Below, piece after piece: positions 1-12,278 of a stretch of DNA of 64,000 nucleotides. Positions within the stretch are counted from its first letter, which is position 1; each line of letters opens with the position of its first letter. Under the pieces are notes generated by a model. That model saw only the letters and a program-made list of their open reading frames with translations. It was not told the DNA's origin and searched no databases. The translations under genes were made by a program, and so were the position numbers. The stretch is from Octopus sinensis. Taxonomy: Eukaryota. The stretch is from contig NC_042998.1 of NCBI RefSeq assembly GCF_006345805.1, positions 207,080,001 through 207,144,000 on the forward strand. The letters are read 5' to 3'.

Positions 1-244
1 TCATGCGCAATAATGCCATTGAGAGGGAGGCCCTGAAATGGTGCACATCCTCTCCTGATGACCCCAATTAACCTGATAGCATCCAGCATGTGGACCCTTC
101 GGCTGGTAGTACTTGCATCTGCAAGTTATTTGCAAAAAATACATGCATGCACACACTCACACATGATGGGCTTCAACACAGTTTCCATCTAGTAAATTCA
201 TTCTCAAGGCATTGACCATCTCAGGGTTACAGTAGAAGAGACAC

Positions 245-2005
245 TTAAACCTTTCGTTATTATATTTCTAATTAAAACCCTTATGAGTTTCAATTAAATT
301 CTGAAATCATCAAGAATTTAGACTGGTTTCATTAAACAACCGTAACTATTTTATTTATCGACTTCTTAATGTGATTTTTGGAACGCAATTGAAAAAAAGG
401 TTCTTAATTCTGTTGCGTAACTTTTGCCTCAATGACACGAGTGACTGAGACCTTTGGAGATATGCTGTGCTTGAGAAGACCGACAGGCCAAGTGAGACCA
501 TAACCCAGGGCCTATGCCAGTGCTGTATAACCAGCCCATTTAAGAATACCCTTCAATCATTGGGCAATAAACTTTGCTTGTGAAGACCTGTTGAGGCAAG
601 TGAAATCAAAATCGCTGATGTGGCCAATGATGGTACCGCCTGATTGGCATTCGTGCCAGTGATATGTTAAAAGCATATCTGAGCGTGATCGTTACCTGGG
701 CTGCTGACTGGCTCCCATGCAGGTGGCACGTAAAAAGCACCATTCGAGTGTGATCATCGTCAGTGTCACCTTACTGGCACACGTGCCGGTGGCACGTGAA
801 AAACAACATTTGAGCATGGTTGTTGCCAGTGCAGGTGGCATGTAAAAAACACCTTTTGAGTGTGGTCATTGCTAGTATTACCTGACTGGCCCTCGTGCTG
901 GTGGCACGTAAAAGCACCCACTACACTCTCGGACTGGTTGGCATTAGGAAGGGCATCCAGCTGCAGAAACTCTGCCAGATCAGATTGGAGCCTGCTGCAG
1001 CCTTCTGGCTCACCAGTCTTCAGTCAAACTGTCCGACCCATGCCAGCCTGGAAAGCGGACGTTAAATAACGATGATGATGACTCTAATTACAGGTAAATA
1101 CATTTCAACCACAAGCTATCTTTTTTTCTCGATTTGTTTACTTTCTGCATAATGGTTTGATTCTGTATGTGATCATTTCAGACAAGCTTACCTTTGCTTG
1201 ATTTCTCCATATCTTCCATTGAAAAGGCCTCAAATTCAGAATCACTGCTCGATAGCAGGAAACTGTTATCCATTTTAAAAGTTTAAAAAAAAAAAAATCA
1301 CCGAAGTAAAAAATGGGAAAAAAAAAAACCTTCCAAAAGTCTCAGAGCTCAGGTCTCACATCAATGTCAGATACTGTGACTCAACTGTTTACAAAGCGAA
1401 ATCAAGTGTTTTCACAAATGTACTCGGTGACTGGCATCCGTTGCTAGTGGAGTGCTAAGAGTACCAAAACTCGGTGACTGACATCCGTTGCTAGTGGAGC
1501 GCTAAGAGTACCATACAAGTGAGATTGTTGCCAGAGCAACAAGCTGGCCTTCGTGCCGATGGCACATTAAACACACCATTCGAGTGTGATCGTTACCTGC
1601 GTTGCCTTACTAGCACTTGTGCTGGTGGCACGTGGAACATTTGAGCGAGGTCGTCGCCAGTGCCGCTGGACTGGCTCCTGTGCAGGTGGCACATAAAAAG
1701 CACCATTTGGGCATGGCCATTGCCAGTACCACCAAAATGGCCCTTGTGCCGGTTGCACGTAACTCTCAGAGTGGTTGGCATTAGGAAGAGTATCAAGCTG
1801 TAGAAACTCCGCCAAATCATGATTGGAGCCTGGTGCAGCCATCTGGTTAGCCAGACCTCAGTCAAACCGTCCAATCTATGCTAGCATGTAAAGCGGACGT
1901 TAAATGATGATGATGCTGATGATGATGTACTAACGAGATTGGTGCTGAAATTCATATTTAAATATCAATGGGTTCCCTCGGCTGGGTTGGTAATGAAAGG
2001 GTGAA
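245..2005 (-). mobile_element. Degenerate piggyBac-like element interrupted by two RTE insertions
   Basis: Ends ttaaacctttcgttat (245) and gtaatgaaagggtgaa (2005) resemble the TTAA-CCCTTTC TIRs of the MITEs at 16-18 kb. An internal relic ORF MDNSFLLSSSDSEFEAFSMEDMEKSSK ends at a G|GTAAG donor (about 1192-1274). Confidence 0.45.
435..1081 (+). mobile_element. RTE LINE 3' fragment (3' UTR with internal ~60-bp tandem units and a (GAT)n tail)
   Basis: Same sequence as the UTR that follows the RTE RT C-terminus at 62115-62930. About 25 copies in both orientations, e.g. 1430-1927+, 2810-3130-, 5068-5350+, 6790-7135+, 7830-8035-, 8465-8915+, 9257-9835-, 10338-10795+, 17515-17900-, 22685-22875-, 23640-23900-, 40905-41408+, 49465-49715+, 53390-53660-, 58885-59160+, 59295-59525-. 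Confidence 0.85.
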
Positions 2006-3317
2006 GTCACATGATTGCAAAGAGAGCTTCTTAACCACGCATCCGTTTTATTCAAGTTGCAGCCATTTACTTTGAAACAAATCCTTGTCTGTCAAAAACA
2101 TGTTTAGTGCGTCAATATACAACATTCTCAAAGATTCTTTACCATGACAAAGCTGTGTGGACTTACTTTCAGGAATCCAAACAGTGACCACCACCAGTAA
2201 TATATAAGTGAGATTTTCTCAAAGCCTGGTAAATCAGAATAAATCTTTTTGAACATAATGATGTGGTAAGAAGCTTGCATTCCAACCACATGGTTCCGGG
2301 TTCAATCCCGCTCTGGCACTTTGGGCAAGTGTCTTTTACTATGGCCTCTGGCAGACCAAAACCTTGTGAGTAAATTTGGTAGAAAGAAACTTAAACAAAT
2401 CTATCATATATATATATATATATATTCTTTTATTCTCTTGTTTCAGTCATTTGACTTTGGCCATGCTGAAGCACCGTCTTTAGTCAAACAAATCGATCCC
2501 AGGACTTATTCTTAATAAGCCTTGTACTTATTCTATTGGTCTCTTACCGAACTACTAAGTTACGGGGACATAAGCACACCAACATTGGTTGGGGAACAAA
2601 CACAGACAAACAAACATATATATATATGACAGGCTTTTTCAGTTTTCATCTACCAAATCCACTCACAAAGCCTTGATCAGCCTGAGGCTATAGAAGACAC
2701 TTGCCCAAGGGTCTGAACCTGGAATCATGTGGTTGGGAAGCAAGCTTCTTAGCACACAGCCACTTCTGCACCTACATATATATATATATATATATATCAT
2801 CATCCTCATCATTAGCATCATTGTCATTTGATGCCTGCTTTCCATGCTGGCATGGGTTGGGTAGTTTGACTGAGGACCAGATGGCTGCACCAGGCTTCAA
2901 TCTAATCTGGCAATGTTTCTACAGCTGAATTCTCTTCCTAATGCCAACCACTCCGAGAGTGTAGCAGGTGCTTTTACGTGCCATTGGCATGAGGGCCAGT
3001 CAGGCAGTTCTGGCAACGACCATGCTCAAAAGATCATTTTTTATGTGCTACCTGCACAGGAGCCAGTCCGGTGGCACTGGCAACAACCACGCTCAGATGT
3101 TGTTTTTCACATACTGGGAAGGTGACGCTGGCAACAATCATACTCGAATGGTGTTTTTTCTGTGCCACCTCAATGTAATCGACTTAATCACCCTGTCTGT
3201 CCTTTATTGTCCCCTCTGTGTTTAGCCCCTTGTGGGCAGTAAAGAAATAAGTTGAGCTCCAACATCAGCTTTGGCATGGTTTCTGTCACTGGATGCCCTT
3301 CCCTAGTGCCAGCCACA

Positions 3318-3745
3318 TTCATTCATTGTTCGACTGTGGTCGAGACAGTGGAATTTACTACCACGGTCCATCATAGCATTACGGAGGTCCTGTTGCTGGA
3401 TGCCTGTATCCCTGGAGATTACATCAGGGTAGGAGAGTGTGCGCCCTCTGGTATCGCGAGCAGATGGCTTCCAGAGGAGAAGAGTAGAAATTACCTCGTT
3501 TTCAGCTCTACAACAATGTCCAACAAACTGGACTCTTCTACCTTTCATAAGAGATGATACAGGTGGTAATTTCCCATATATTTGTACTTTGGTTGGATGG
3601 CGCTTCCACGAGAGATTTTCTGAGCTCTCATAAGGAGGCAAGTGTAAGTTCCATCCAACTGCCTCTCAAGCTGGTTGGATGACGCTTCCACGAGAGATTT
3701 TGAGCTCTCCTAAGGAGGCGAGTGTAAGTTCCATCCAATCACCTC
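3318..3745 (-). mobile_element. RTE-group LINE RT C-terminal relic
   Basis: IYGKLPPVSSLMKGRRVQFVGHCCRAENEVISTLLLWKPSARDTRGRTLSYPDVISRDTG resembles the non-LTR RT C-terminal GH..R...W.P....RGR motif; short internal duplication at about 3590-3740. Confidence 0.7.
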
Positions 3746-3978
3746 TCGAGCTTCTTTGATAACGTCCAGGTTTCTGAGCCACTTTACTGAGTGTACTGGG
3801 TGCTTTTCTCTAGTTAGGTTGCCAGGTTCTCTAGTGAGGTTGCAAGACAAGAAAAGAATGGGAAGAAGGAAAAAAAAAATGGCAAAAACCCCCTCAATTA
3901 AACAGGGGGCTATGTATATACACACACATTAAGATGACAAATGTAGATGTTGTGTAACTATTTAATACCCATCTCTCT

Positions 3979-3984
3979 TTTATT
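3979..3984 (-). terminator. Candidate poly(A) signal for RCAN (3' UTR about 720 nt)
   Basis: AATAAA on the minus strand inside unique AT-rich sequence downstream of the stop, with GT-rich sequence beyond it. Other AATAAA hexamers are possible. Confidence 0.3.
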
Positions 3985-4706
3985 TCCATAGTGACGTTGC
4001 TCATGAACAGAGTTAGAAATCCAGTCAGGTATATTTAGATTTAATATATTGTTTGTGTGTATAATAAATGTTACAACATAATAATTAAATTTAAAATATA
4101 ATTTTAATTTACAGTTTGTTGTGCCTTGTTGAAAGAGGAAAATAGACAGATAAATCCACAAATTATCAATATGACAGTGCTTTTACATAAAGGCATTGAT
4201 GGATACTAAGAGATTACTGGCTGCTGGTGTTGGTGAAGGTGGTGGTGGTGGTCGTGGTGGTGGTGGTGGTAGTGACAGTGGCAAAGTAAGGTTGGTCCAA
4301 TCCAGTTGCTGGTAGAAGTGAAAGGAATTTCTGGTTGTTTGTTTAGAAAGACAGGAAGAGGAGAAGCAGGGGGAGATTTTTTTGTTTTGTGGGGACGATA
4401 GGTGACTGTCCAAGCAAAGTCTTAGCAAATATAGCAGTAATTAGTAACATTGGTTTTAGCGTAGAAGGGTGTTGAAGAGAATAAAATCAAGGGACAGGAA
4501 ATACAAAGGAAACATTTTAATAAAAAATTGAGGAGAGAAAGGAGGAGAGAGAAAAAAAAAGTAACGTGGAGAGGAAGGAGAGATTAAAAAGAGAGAGAAA
4601 CAGGGTTTTTTTTTACAACAAACACAGAAAATCAGTTCAAGGAGAGGAAGGTGAGCATTTTTAAACCTTTTTTTTTTTTTTCCATTTTTTAAAATATTTT
4701 TCACAT

Positions 4707-4843
4707 TTAGTTGACTCTGTCGGGACACATAGTTTGAACGATTTTTGGTTTGGCTAAATCTTTGAAGTCCTCTGGTTCCTCACAAATATGGACGACAATA
4801 CCTGGTTGATTCTCTGTTGGTGGATGGAGTTCGTGGGCTTCCC
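4707..4843 (-). CDS. RCAN: RCAN/calcipressin last coding exon: (G)EAHELHPPTENQPGIVVHICEEPEDFKDLAKPKIVQTMCPDRVN*
   Basis: Polypyrimidine tract plus cgacAG acceptor at 4844-4845; phase 1 matches the upstream exon; TAA at 4707-4709. The peptide parallels vertebrate RCAN1 GEKYELH..TPSVVVHVCE...PKPKIIQTRRP. Confidence 0.95.
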
Positions 4844-4922
4844 CTGTCGAAGAGAAAAAAAGAGAGTAGAAAGAAAGAAAGAAAGAGACTCAAGACAAAC
4901 AAGATGTTTATAGTACAAGTAT

Positions 4923-5614
4923 TTACATTATTTACATTTGACGGATATTTGTCCTCATCTTGTTTGTTGTTAACACAACGTTTCAGCTGATATACCCTCC
5001 AGCCTTCATCAGGTGTCTTGGGGAAATTTCAAACCTGGGTTCTCATTCCTAAGATAGTTTTTGATATTGGCCGATGCCAGTGCCACCTCGACTGGCCTCC
5101 GTGCCGGTGGCACGTAAAATGCACCAATCCGACCGTGGCCTTTTCCAGCCTCGCCTGGCACCTGTGCAGGTGGCACGTAAAAAGCACCCACTACACTCAC
5201 GGAGTGGTTGGCGTTAGGAAGGGCATCCAGCTGTAGAAACATTGCCAGATAAGACTGGAGCCTGGTGCAGCCTTCTGGCTTCCCAGATCCCCGGTCGAAC
5301 CGTCCAACCCATGCTAGCATGGAGAACGGACACTAAACGATGATGATGATTATTATTTACATTTGACGTATATTTATTTGCATCGTGTTTGTTGTTAACA
5401 CGATGTTTCGGCTGATATACCCTCCAGCCTTCTTGGGGAAATTTCAAACCTGGGTTCTCATTCCTAAGGTATTTTTCAATGTTATTATTATTGTTATTGT
5501 TCAGGTCACTGCTTGGAATCAAACTTGGAATCTTGGGGTTAGTAGCCTGTGCTACGCCATATCCCCAAATGTAAATAATGTACATAATTCCTCATCTCTT
5601 AAATATAGAACTGT
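4923..5614 (-). mobile_element. Composite tRNA-HHR SINE insertion (partial duplicate, RTE fragment, full copy, inverted 3' end)
   Basis: Flanked by a 22-bp direct repeat (20/22 identical) at 4901-4922 and 5615-5636. Confidence 0.7.
4972..5017 (-). ncRNA. Hammerhead motif family A, near-intact, sense to RCAN
   Basis: Same as 44884 except C11.1 is U (G.U closing pair). Confidence 0.7.
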
Positions 5615-8049
5615 AAGACGTTTCTAGTACAAGTATACCTTTATCTTTATTCCAGTCCACATCCACAAAACCATCAAATTGTCCGATTACCAAAGTTTCA
5701 CATCACCAACCAATTGACCCAACAAGACCCTGGCTATTTGTTTTGTCAGAACAACAGCAGACCCTGTTCTTCTAAGCTAGCAAGTTGTACATCAACCTCG
5801 TCCAGACCAACCTTCATTTTTACATACATACCTACCTTTTCCCTTTTTTCCACCCCTATTGTCCCCCCCATTAACCCTATGATAGACTGGCATCGCATCC
5901 AAGGGGGTGAGTGTTGCAGTCTAAGTCACTCATACACCATGGAAACCTGATTAATCCTTCGGTGTTTAAACCAGCCACATCTGGCCAAAATTTCTGCTAG
6001 TATAATGCTCAAACTGGCCAAACCTGGTCTCACACCCACTCTACAATGTCCGACAATCACATCATTGTAATCTCAAAGCTACAAGACAATGCATAATAGA
6101 TAAACATTACTTTTGACAGAATAATCTGAATGGCCTTGGATCTCTAAGTCTATTATCTCACATCCCAAACTCCTTAAACACTTTACTTAATCCTTTCTTT
6201 CCAGAGTAAAAAAAAAAAAAAGCCTCTCCTTGACACATTTTCTTCACAGTTTATCAGCAAACAAAAAAATTAATCTCATTACTAATGACCTTGATCTCGT
6301 AGATCTTGTGGGACCCGCATCAGGCTCCCTCTTTGCTTGAGTACAAAAATAAACCTTGACCTTTTGAATGTGGAAAAATAATATATCCACTCCAAATTTT
6401 ATCACCATTAACTGCAGAATGCAGTTTTATTCCACAGCTTTGGAAAAAAACTCTCCTTACACTATGAGAAGCAAAAGAACCCCTAGTGGCACGTGTTCAG
6501 ATTAAAAAAATTTTCCCCCATGTTTCATTAAATAGCCATAGCCTATGCCAGTGGGTGGAAGCAGCCCCTTCTGAGTACCCCTCATTCATTGGACAATAAA
6601 CTTTGCTTGCCAAGACCTTAAATCCTTAAAAATGTTTTAGTCCGAAGGCCACGGCCATGCTGGGGTACCACCACTGATAAGAAAAATAGGTTGCTCTGAA
6701 GTAGAGAGCAATGCCCATATGTGTTAGAAAGATCGATTGATCTCTTCCGTCCTTGTCAAGGGGAGTGCTAACCGTCTCTCCTTTTTTGCAACACCTATCG
6801 AGACAAGTGAAATCAAATCAAAATCACTGACATGGCCGATGACAGTACCGGCTGATTGATACTCGTGCCAATAGAACGTTAGAAACACATCTGAGCGTGA
6901 TTGTTGCCAGGGCCATGGATTGGCTCTCGTGCCAGTGGCATGTAAAAAGTACCATTTGAGCATGATTGTTGCCAGCGTAAGCCTTACTGGCACATGTACC
7001 GGTGGCATGTGAAAGACAGCATTTGAGCATGGTCATTGCCAGTGCCGCCGGACTGGCTCCCATGCAGGTAGCACATGAAAAAAATCTTTTGAGTGTGGTC
7101 GTTGCCAGAACCGCCTGACTTTTTGTTGTGGACATGAAAACCCTGCTTGTAAGAGATACTGAAGAAGCAGAAGTAGAAAATATCCATTCTATTTTTTGAT
7201 GGGCAATTAACAACATTAAAGGAACGATTATGAAATGGAATTACTCGGTCGAAGTCGCATTCATAGATTTCCTGTAGACTTTAATAGTTGCAGTAAAGAT
7301 TGTTTGCCAACATAACGTGGCATTCTTGCTTTAGGACGAATGTTGCTGTAATTTAGCCCCAGGAGACATCGTCTCCAGCTGACTATTCGACATGATCTGT
7401 GTCCTTATATTTTTGAATCTTTGCTCCAAAGTACCGTTGCTGAACACCTCCCATTGTGAGATTTAAAAATAGTAATTTTCTAATTAACAGTTGCAGTCAG
7501 GAAATAAAAACAGGTCCAGACTTGAGTTTGATGGAGTTTACTATGTCACAGTTTTCTTCTTTCAGTGGAAACTTTGTCTACAATTCTCCATAGTTTCATT
7601 TCTGTTGAGAGGAGTCTGCAAATGGTTCTCTGGGGTCTGCAAATGCAGCCCATTGCCCCCTTTTGCAGAATGGCATTTTACAAACACCTGTTCCCAAGTT
7701 TTCAAAAAATAAAAGTGCCCTAACTCAAACAGAAGTTGATTTAATGCAGTATATTTCCTTACACTCTCCAATCTGTTTAGATGTTTGCACGCGCAGCCAG
7801 CGTCCTCTGTAGGAGGACTTTGGGGCACATGGCCTGCTAATCATCATCATCATCATCGTTTAACGTCTGCTTTCCATGCAAGCATGGGTTGGACGGTTCG
7901 ACTGGGGTCTGGGAAGCCAGGAGGCTGCACCAGGCTCCTGTCTGATCTGGCATGGTTTCTAACAGTTGGATGCCCTTCCTAATGCCAACCACTCTGTGAG
8001 TGTAGTGGGTGCTTTTAACGTGCCAGGTGAGGCAACAATGATCAAGGAC

Positions 8050-8400
8050 ATCACATGGGAAAAGAAGACAGGTTATGGTGTGCCTGGCTGTGGTGGATCA
8101 GTCCAATCCATGCACAGAAGGCTCTGCTCCTGGTCATGCACTGGTGGTCTGTTGGGACTGAAAGCAAGGAGGTGGCTCTGGACCTCCATGCTCCTGAAAT
8201 CCTGTTCTTCTCGTAAGAGGTGGCACCTCTGTTACTGCAGCTTTTCCTAGCCAGGGTGCTCTTGTGGTTGCATTTCCCAGGTGCCCGGGTTGATCTCAAA
8301 GCTCTTCTGTGTATCTTTGAAGTGCTTTTTCTCTCCACCTTGTGTGTGCTTGCCATCCACCAGTATTGCAGTGATTTGTCTGTTAGCAACAATAGTAAGT
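8050..8400 (-). mobile_element. Decayed RTE (BovB-like) LINE 3' end
   Basis: Frameshifted GKHTQGGEKKHFKDT...EINPGTWE and a terminal zinc-knuckle-like HQCMTRSRAFCAWIGLIHHSQAH. Confidence 0.7.
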
Positions 8401-9778
8401 TGTGCTCAGTGACACTAGTCGTTATTGCACAGTTGTCTCTGAACCACAACAGTCAGTATTGTACAGTGGCACATAAAAGGCACCATTCGAGTGTGATCGT
8501 TACCAGTGTCGCCTTACTGGCACTCTAGCCCCGTGCTAGTAGGGTGTTAAAAGCACCATCCGAACGTGATTCTTGCCAGGGCAGCTATCTGGCCTCTGTG
8601 CTGGTGTCACGGAAAAGACACCATTCGAGCGTGATCGTTACCAGCATCACTTTACTGGCACTTATGCCGGTGGCATGTGTAAAAGATTTGAGCAAGGTCG
8701 TTGCCAGTACCGCCTGACAGGCCCTCGTACCAGTGGTACGTAACAGCACCCACTACACTCACAGAGTGGTTGGCGTTAGGAAGGGCATCCAGCTGTAGAA
8801 ACACTGCCAGATCAGACTAGAGCCTGGTGCAGCCTCCTGGCTTCCCAGACCCCAGTTGAACTGTCCAACCCATGCTAGCATGGAAAATTGACGTTAAACG
8901 ATGATGATGATGACGATCTGGTGTTTACCAGGACACTTAACTGTTAATGCTACAAGTAGTGGTTGTGTGTACTGAGGTGAGAATCATTTGCGTGTCATAC
9001 TTAAATTCTTCCTAAAGGAAAGTTACCTGTGACAAACCAGCACCCTGTCCCAGAGAAGAATTACCTCTCATTTGATTAATACTACAGAAACCTGAGGTGG
9101 GGTCTTCTCCACTGGATTGTTGTAGTTTAGCAAAGAAACAATTATTTGGTCATTTTAGCAAATAGTTCTATGTTGCAATTCCCTTGATTGGCTTCCAGAC
9201 ACAGATCAATTGGACTGCAAGGTCTGGCAGTTCTGTATCAATTTTATATATATATATATCATCATCATCATTGTTTAACGTCCGTTTTCCATGCTGGCAT
9301 GGGTTGGACGGTTTGACTGAGGGTTGGTATGCCAGATGGCTGCACCAGGCTCCAATCTGATCTGGCAAGATTTCTACAGCTGGATGCCCTTCCTAACACC
9401 AACCACTCCGAGAATGTAGTGGGTGCTTTTTACGTGCCACCAGAACATGGGTTAGTCAGGCAGTTCTGGCAACAACCATGCTCAAATGTTGTTTCTGACG
9501 TACCACCAGCACATGTGCCAATAAGGTGATGCTGACAACAATCACGATTGAATGGTGCTTTTTACATGTTACCAGCATGGGAGACAATACGTGGCCCTGT
9601 CTATGATCATGCTCGGATGGTGCTTTTAATGTTTCACTGGCAAGAGTGCCAATCAGGCAGTACTGTCATCAGCCACGTCAGAGATTTTGATTTTGATTTC
9701 ACTTGCCTCAAAAGGTCTTTGCAAGCAAAGTTTATTGTCCAATGAATGGGGGGGGGGTGCTCATAAGTGGCCTGGTTA

Positions 9779-10294
<516 letters not shown>

Positions 10295-10811
10295 TTAACA
10301 ACGCAGTCATAGGATTTGGTTCAATTTCGGGCAAGTGAAATCGAAATTGAACCAAATCTTATGGCTGTGCAGGTGTCTCAAGTAAAGAAACACTGTTTCG
10401 ACCCTGTGCTTGAGGAGACTTATTGAGTCAAGTACATCGACATCAAAAATCAATGGAAATTGTAGTTGTGATGCCTATGCCGGTTGCACATAAAAAGCAC
10501 CATCCAAACATTGCCAATGCCAGTGCTGCCTTGACTGGCTCCCATGCAGGTGGCACGTAAAAAGCACCAGCTGATCGTGGCCGTTGCCAGCCTCCCCTGG
10601 CACCTGTGCTGGTGGCATGTAAAAAGTACCCACTACACTCATGGAATGGTTGGCGTTAGGAAGGGCATCCAGCCGTAGAAACACTGCCAGATCAGACTGG
10701 AGCTTGGTGCAGCCTCCTGGCTTCCCAGACCCCGGTCGAACCGTCCAACCCATGCTAGCATGGAGAACGGACGTTAAACAATGATGATGATGATTATATA
10801 ATATATATATA

Positions 10812-11378
10812 TCACCTATTTCCGAATTACATTACTTGGCGGTTGGAGTTATGGCTGCTCTGTCTAGTGGACGAATGGCCTGTTAAGGCCATTCCTAAAT
10901 TGTTATATATTTACATTTTAGTCTCATGACTATTTTTCTTTTCCACTGGGCCGCTGGTAGTGATAAATTTTTATCGAATTTTTTACTACTCTAAATTGAT
11001 TAATTGATTATTTTCTGACTAATTCTGAGTTTGAATCGGCAGTTTATATTTGCTGCTGATAAGGTTGGCGCGATTGCGCTGGTCTTCGAAAATTTTAAGA
11101 CAGATATTCCAGAGGCTTCGATGCAGTAGCCTCGTGTATATTTGCCTCTACCAAAGGTTTCTTTACTGACGAAGCGTGACCTATGGTAGATTAGCTTAAT
11201 TTAATTTAATTAAGCTGGTCTATCATTAAAAACGCAGAAACGATGCATCGTCTAAAAGATGAATTAGGGTAAACGTTTTTAATTTTTCACCTATTTCCGA
11301 ATTACATTACTTGGCGGTTGGAGTTATGGCTGCTCTGTCTAGTGGACGAATGGCCTGTTAAGGCCATTCCTAAATTGT

Positions 11379-11385
<7 letters not shown>
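10812..11385 (+). mobile_element. 475-bp non-coding unit with 99-bp identical direct repeats and a hammerhead (Penelope-pLTR or retrozyme-like)
   Basis: Repeats at 10812-10910 and 11287-11385; both flanks are (TA)n. Confidence 0.7.
11162..11256 (+). ncRNA. Type I hammerhead motif with a long stem II (family B)
   Basis: TTTA CTGACGA A GCGT [18-bp hairpin] ACGC A GAA ACGATGCATCGT C TAAA; 12-nt palindromic stem III; GUC site at 11252. Confidence 0.8.
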
Positions 11386-11419
<34 letters not shown>

Positions 11420-11645
11420 ATCCTTGCCTAGAGATCATGTGATGGTTGTAAATGTGCATCATCTTCATACAAGCAATATCATTTGTTTCCATGAAAAATG
11501 AGTCTAGCCAATGGGGAAATATCACCTTACTTGGAAACAGGTAAAGGTTGGCAAGGTGGAGGGGGGTGGGCATCTGGGGCATAGAAAGTTTGCCCCAACA
11601 AATTCCATCTAACCCATACAGTGGACATTACATGACGATATATAT

Positions 11646-11857
11646 ATTCTCTTTACTCTTTTACTTGTTTCAGTCATTTGACTGCGGCCATGCTGGAGCA
11701 CCGCCTTTAGTCGAGCAACTCGACCCTGGGACTTATTCTTTTGTAAGCCCAGTACTTATTCTATCGGTCTCTTTTGCTGAACCGCTAAGTGACGGGGATG
11801 TAAACACACCAGCATTGGTTGTCAAGCAATGCTAGGGGGACAAACACAGACACACAA

Positions 11858-11896
<39 letters not shown>

Positions 11897-12060
11897 CGAC
11901 AGGCTTCTTTCAGTTTCTGTCTACCAAATCCACTCACAAGGCTTTGGTCTTCTTGAAGCTATAGCAGAAGACACTTGCTCAAGATGCCACACAGTGGGAC
12001 TGAACCCGGAACCATGTGGTTGGTTAGCAAGCTACTTACCACACAGCCACTCCTGCGCCT
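11646..12060 (-). mobile_element. tRNA-derived SINE, family 1 (head ggcgcaggagtggctgtgtggtaag, CORE-like ccttgggcaagtgtc, (TAAAAGAG)n tail)
   Basis: About 18 full or partial copies, e.g. 2415-2770-, 13870-14240+, 19319-19746-, 27930-28320+, 34170-34560-, 39962-40198+, 42415-42640-, 54755-55151+, 60063-60500+. Confidence 0.85.
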
Positions 12061-12241
12061 TTGATTCTTATATATTTTTATATGATGTTTATATATTTAT
12101 ATATTACTATATTTTTAAACGTCGGACTTTATATCTGTTCTGTAGATATAAATGAATATATGAATATATGTTGATCTTTCTGTGGATTTTGTAGTGTTCC
12201 TTTAGTTGCTGCTCACATTGCCTCCCCTCGGATTAAAAAGT

Positions 12242-12278
<37 letters not shown>

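Noticed and set aside
620-930. Regularly spaced palindromic repeats resembling a CRISPR array
   Set aside because: The units are degenerate, the spacers are homologous to each other, and the array is part of the RTE LINE 3' UTR in a eukaryote; no cas genes.
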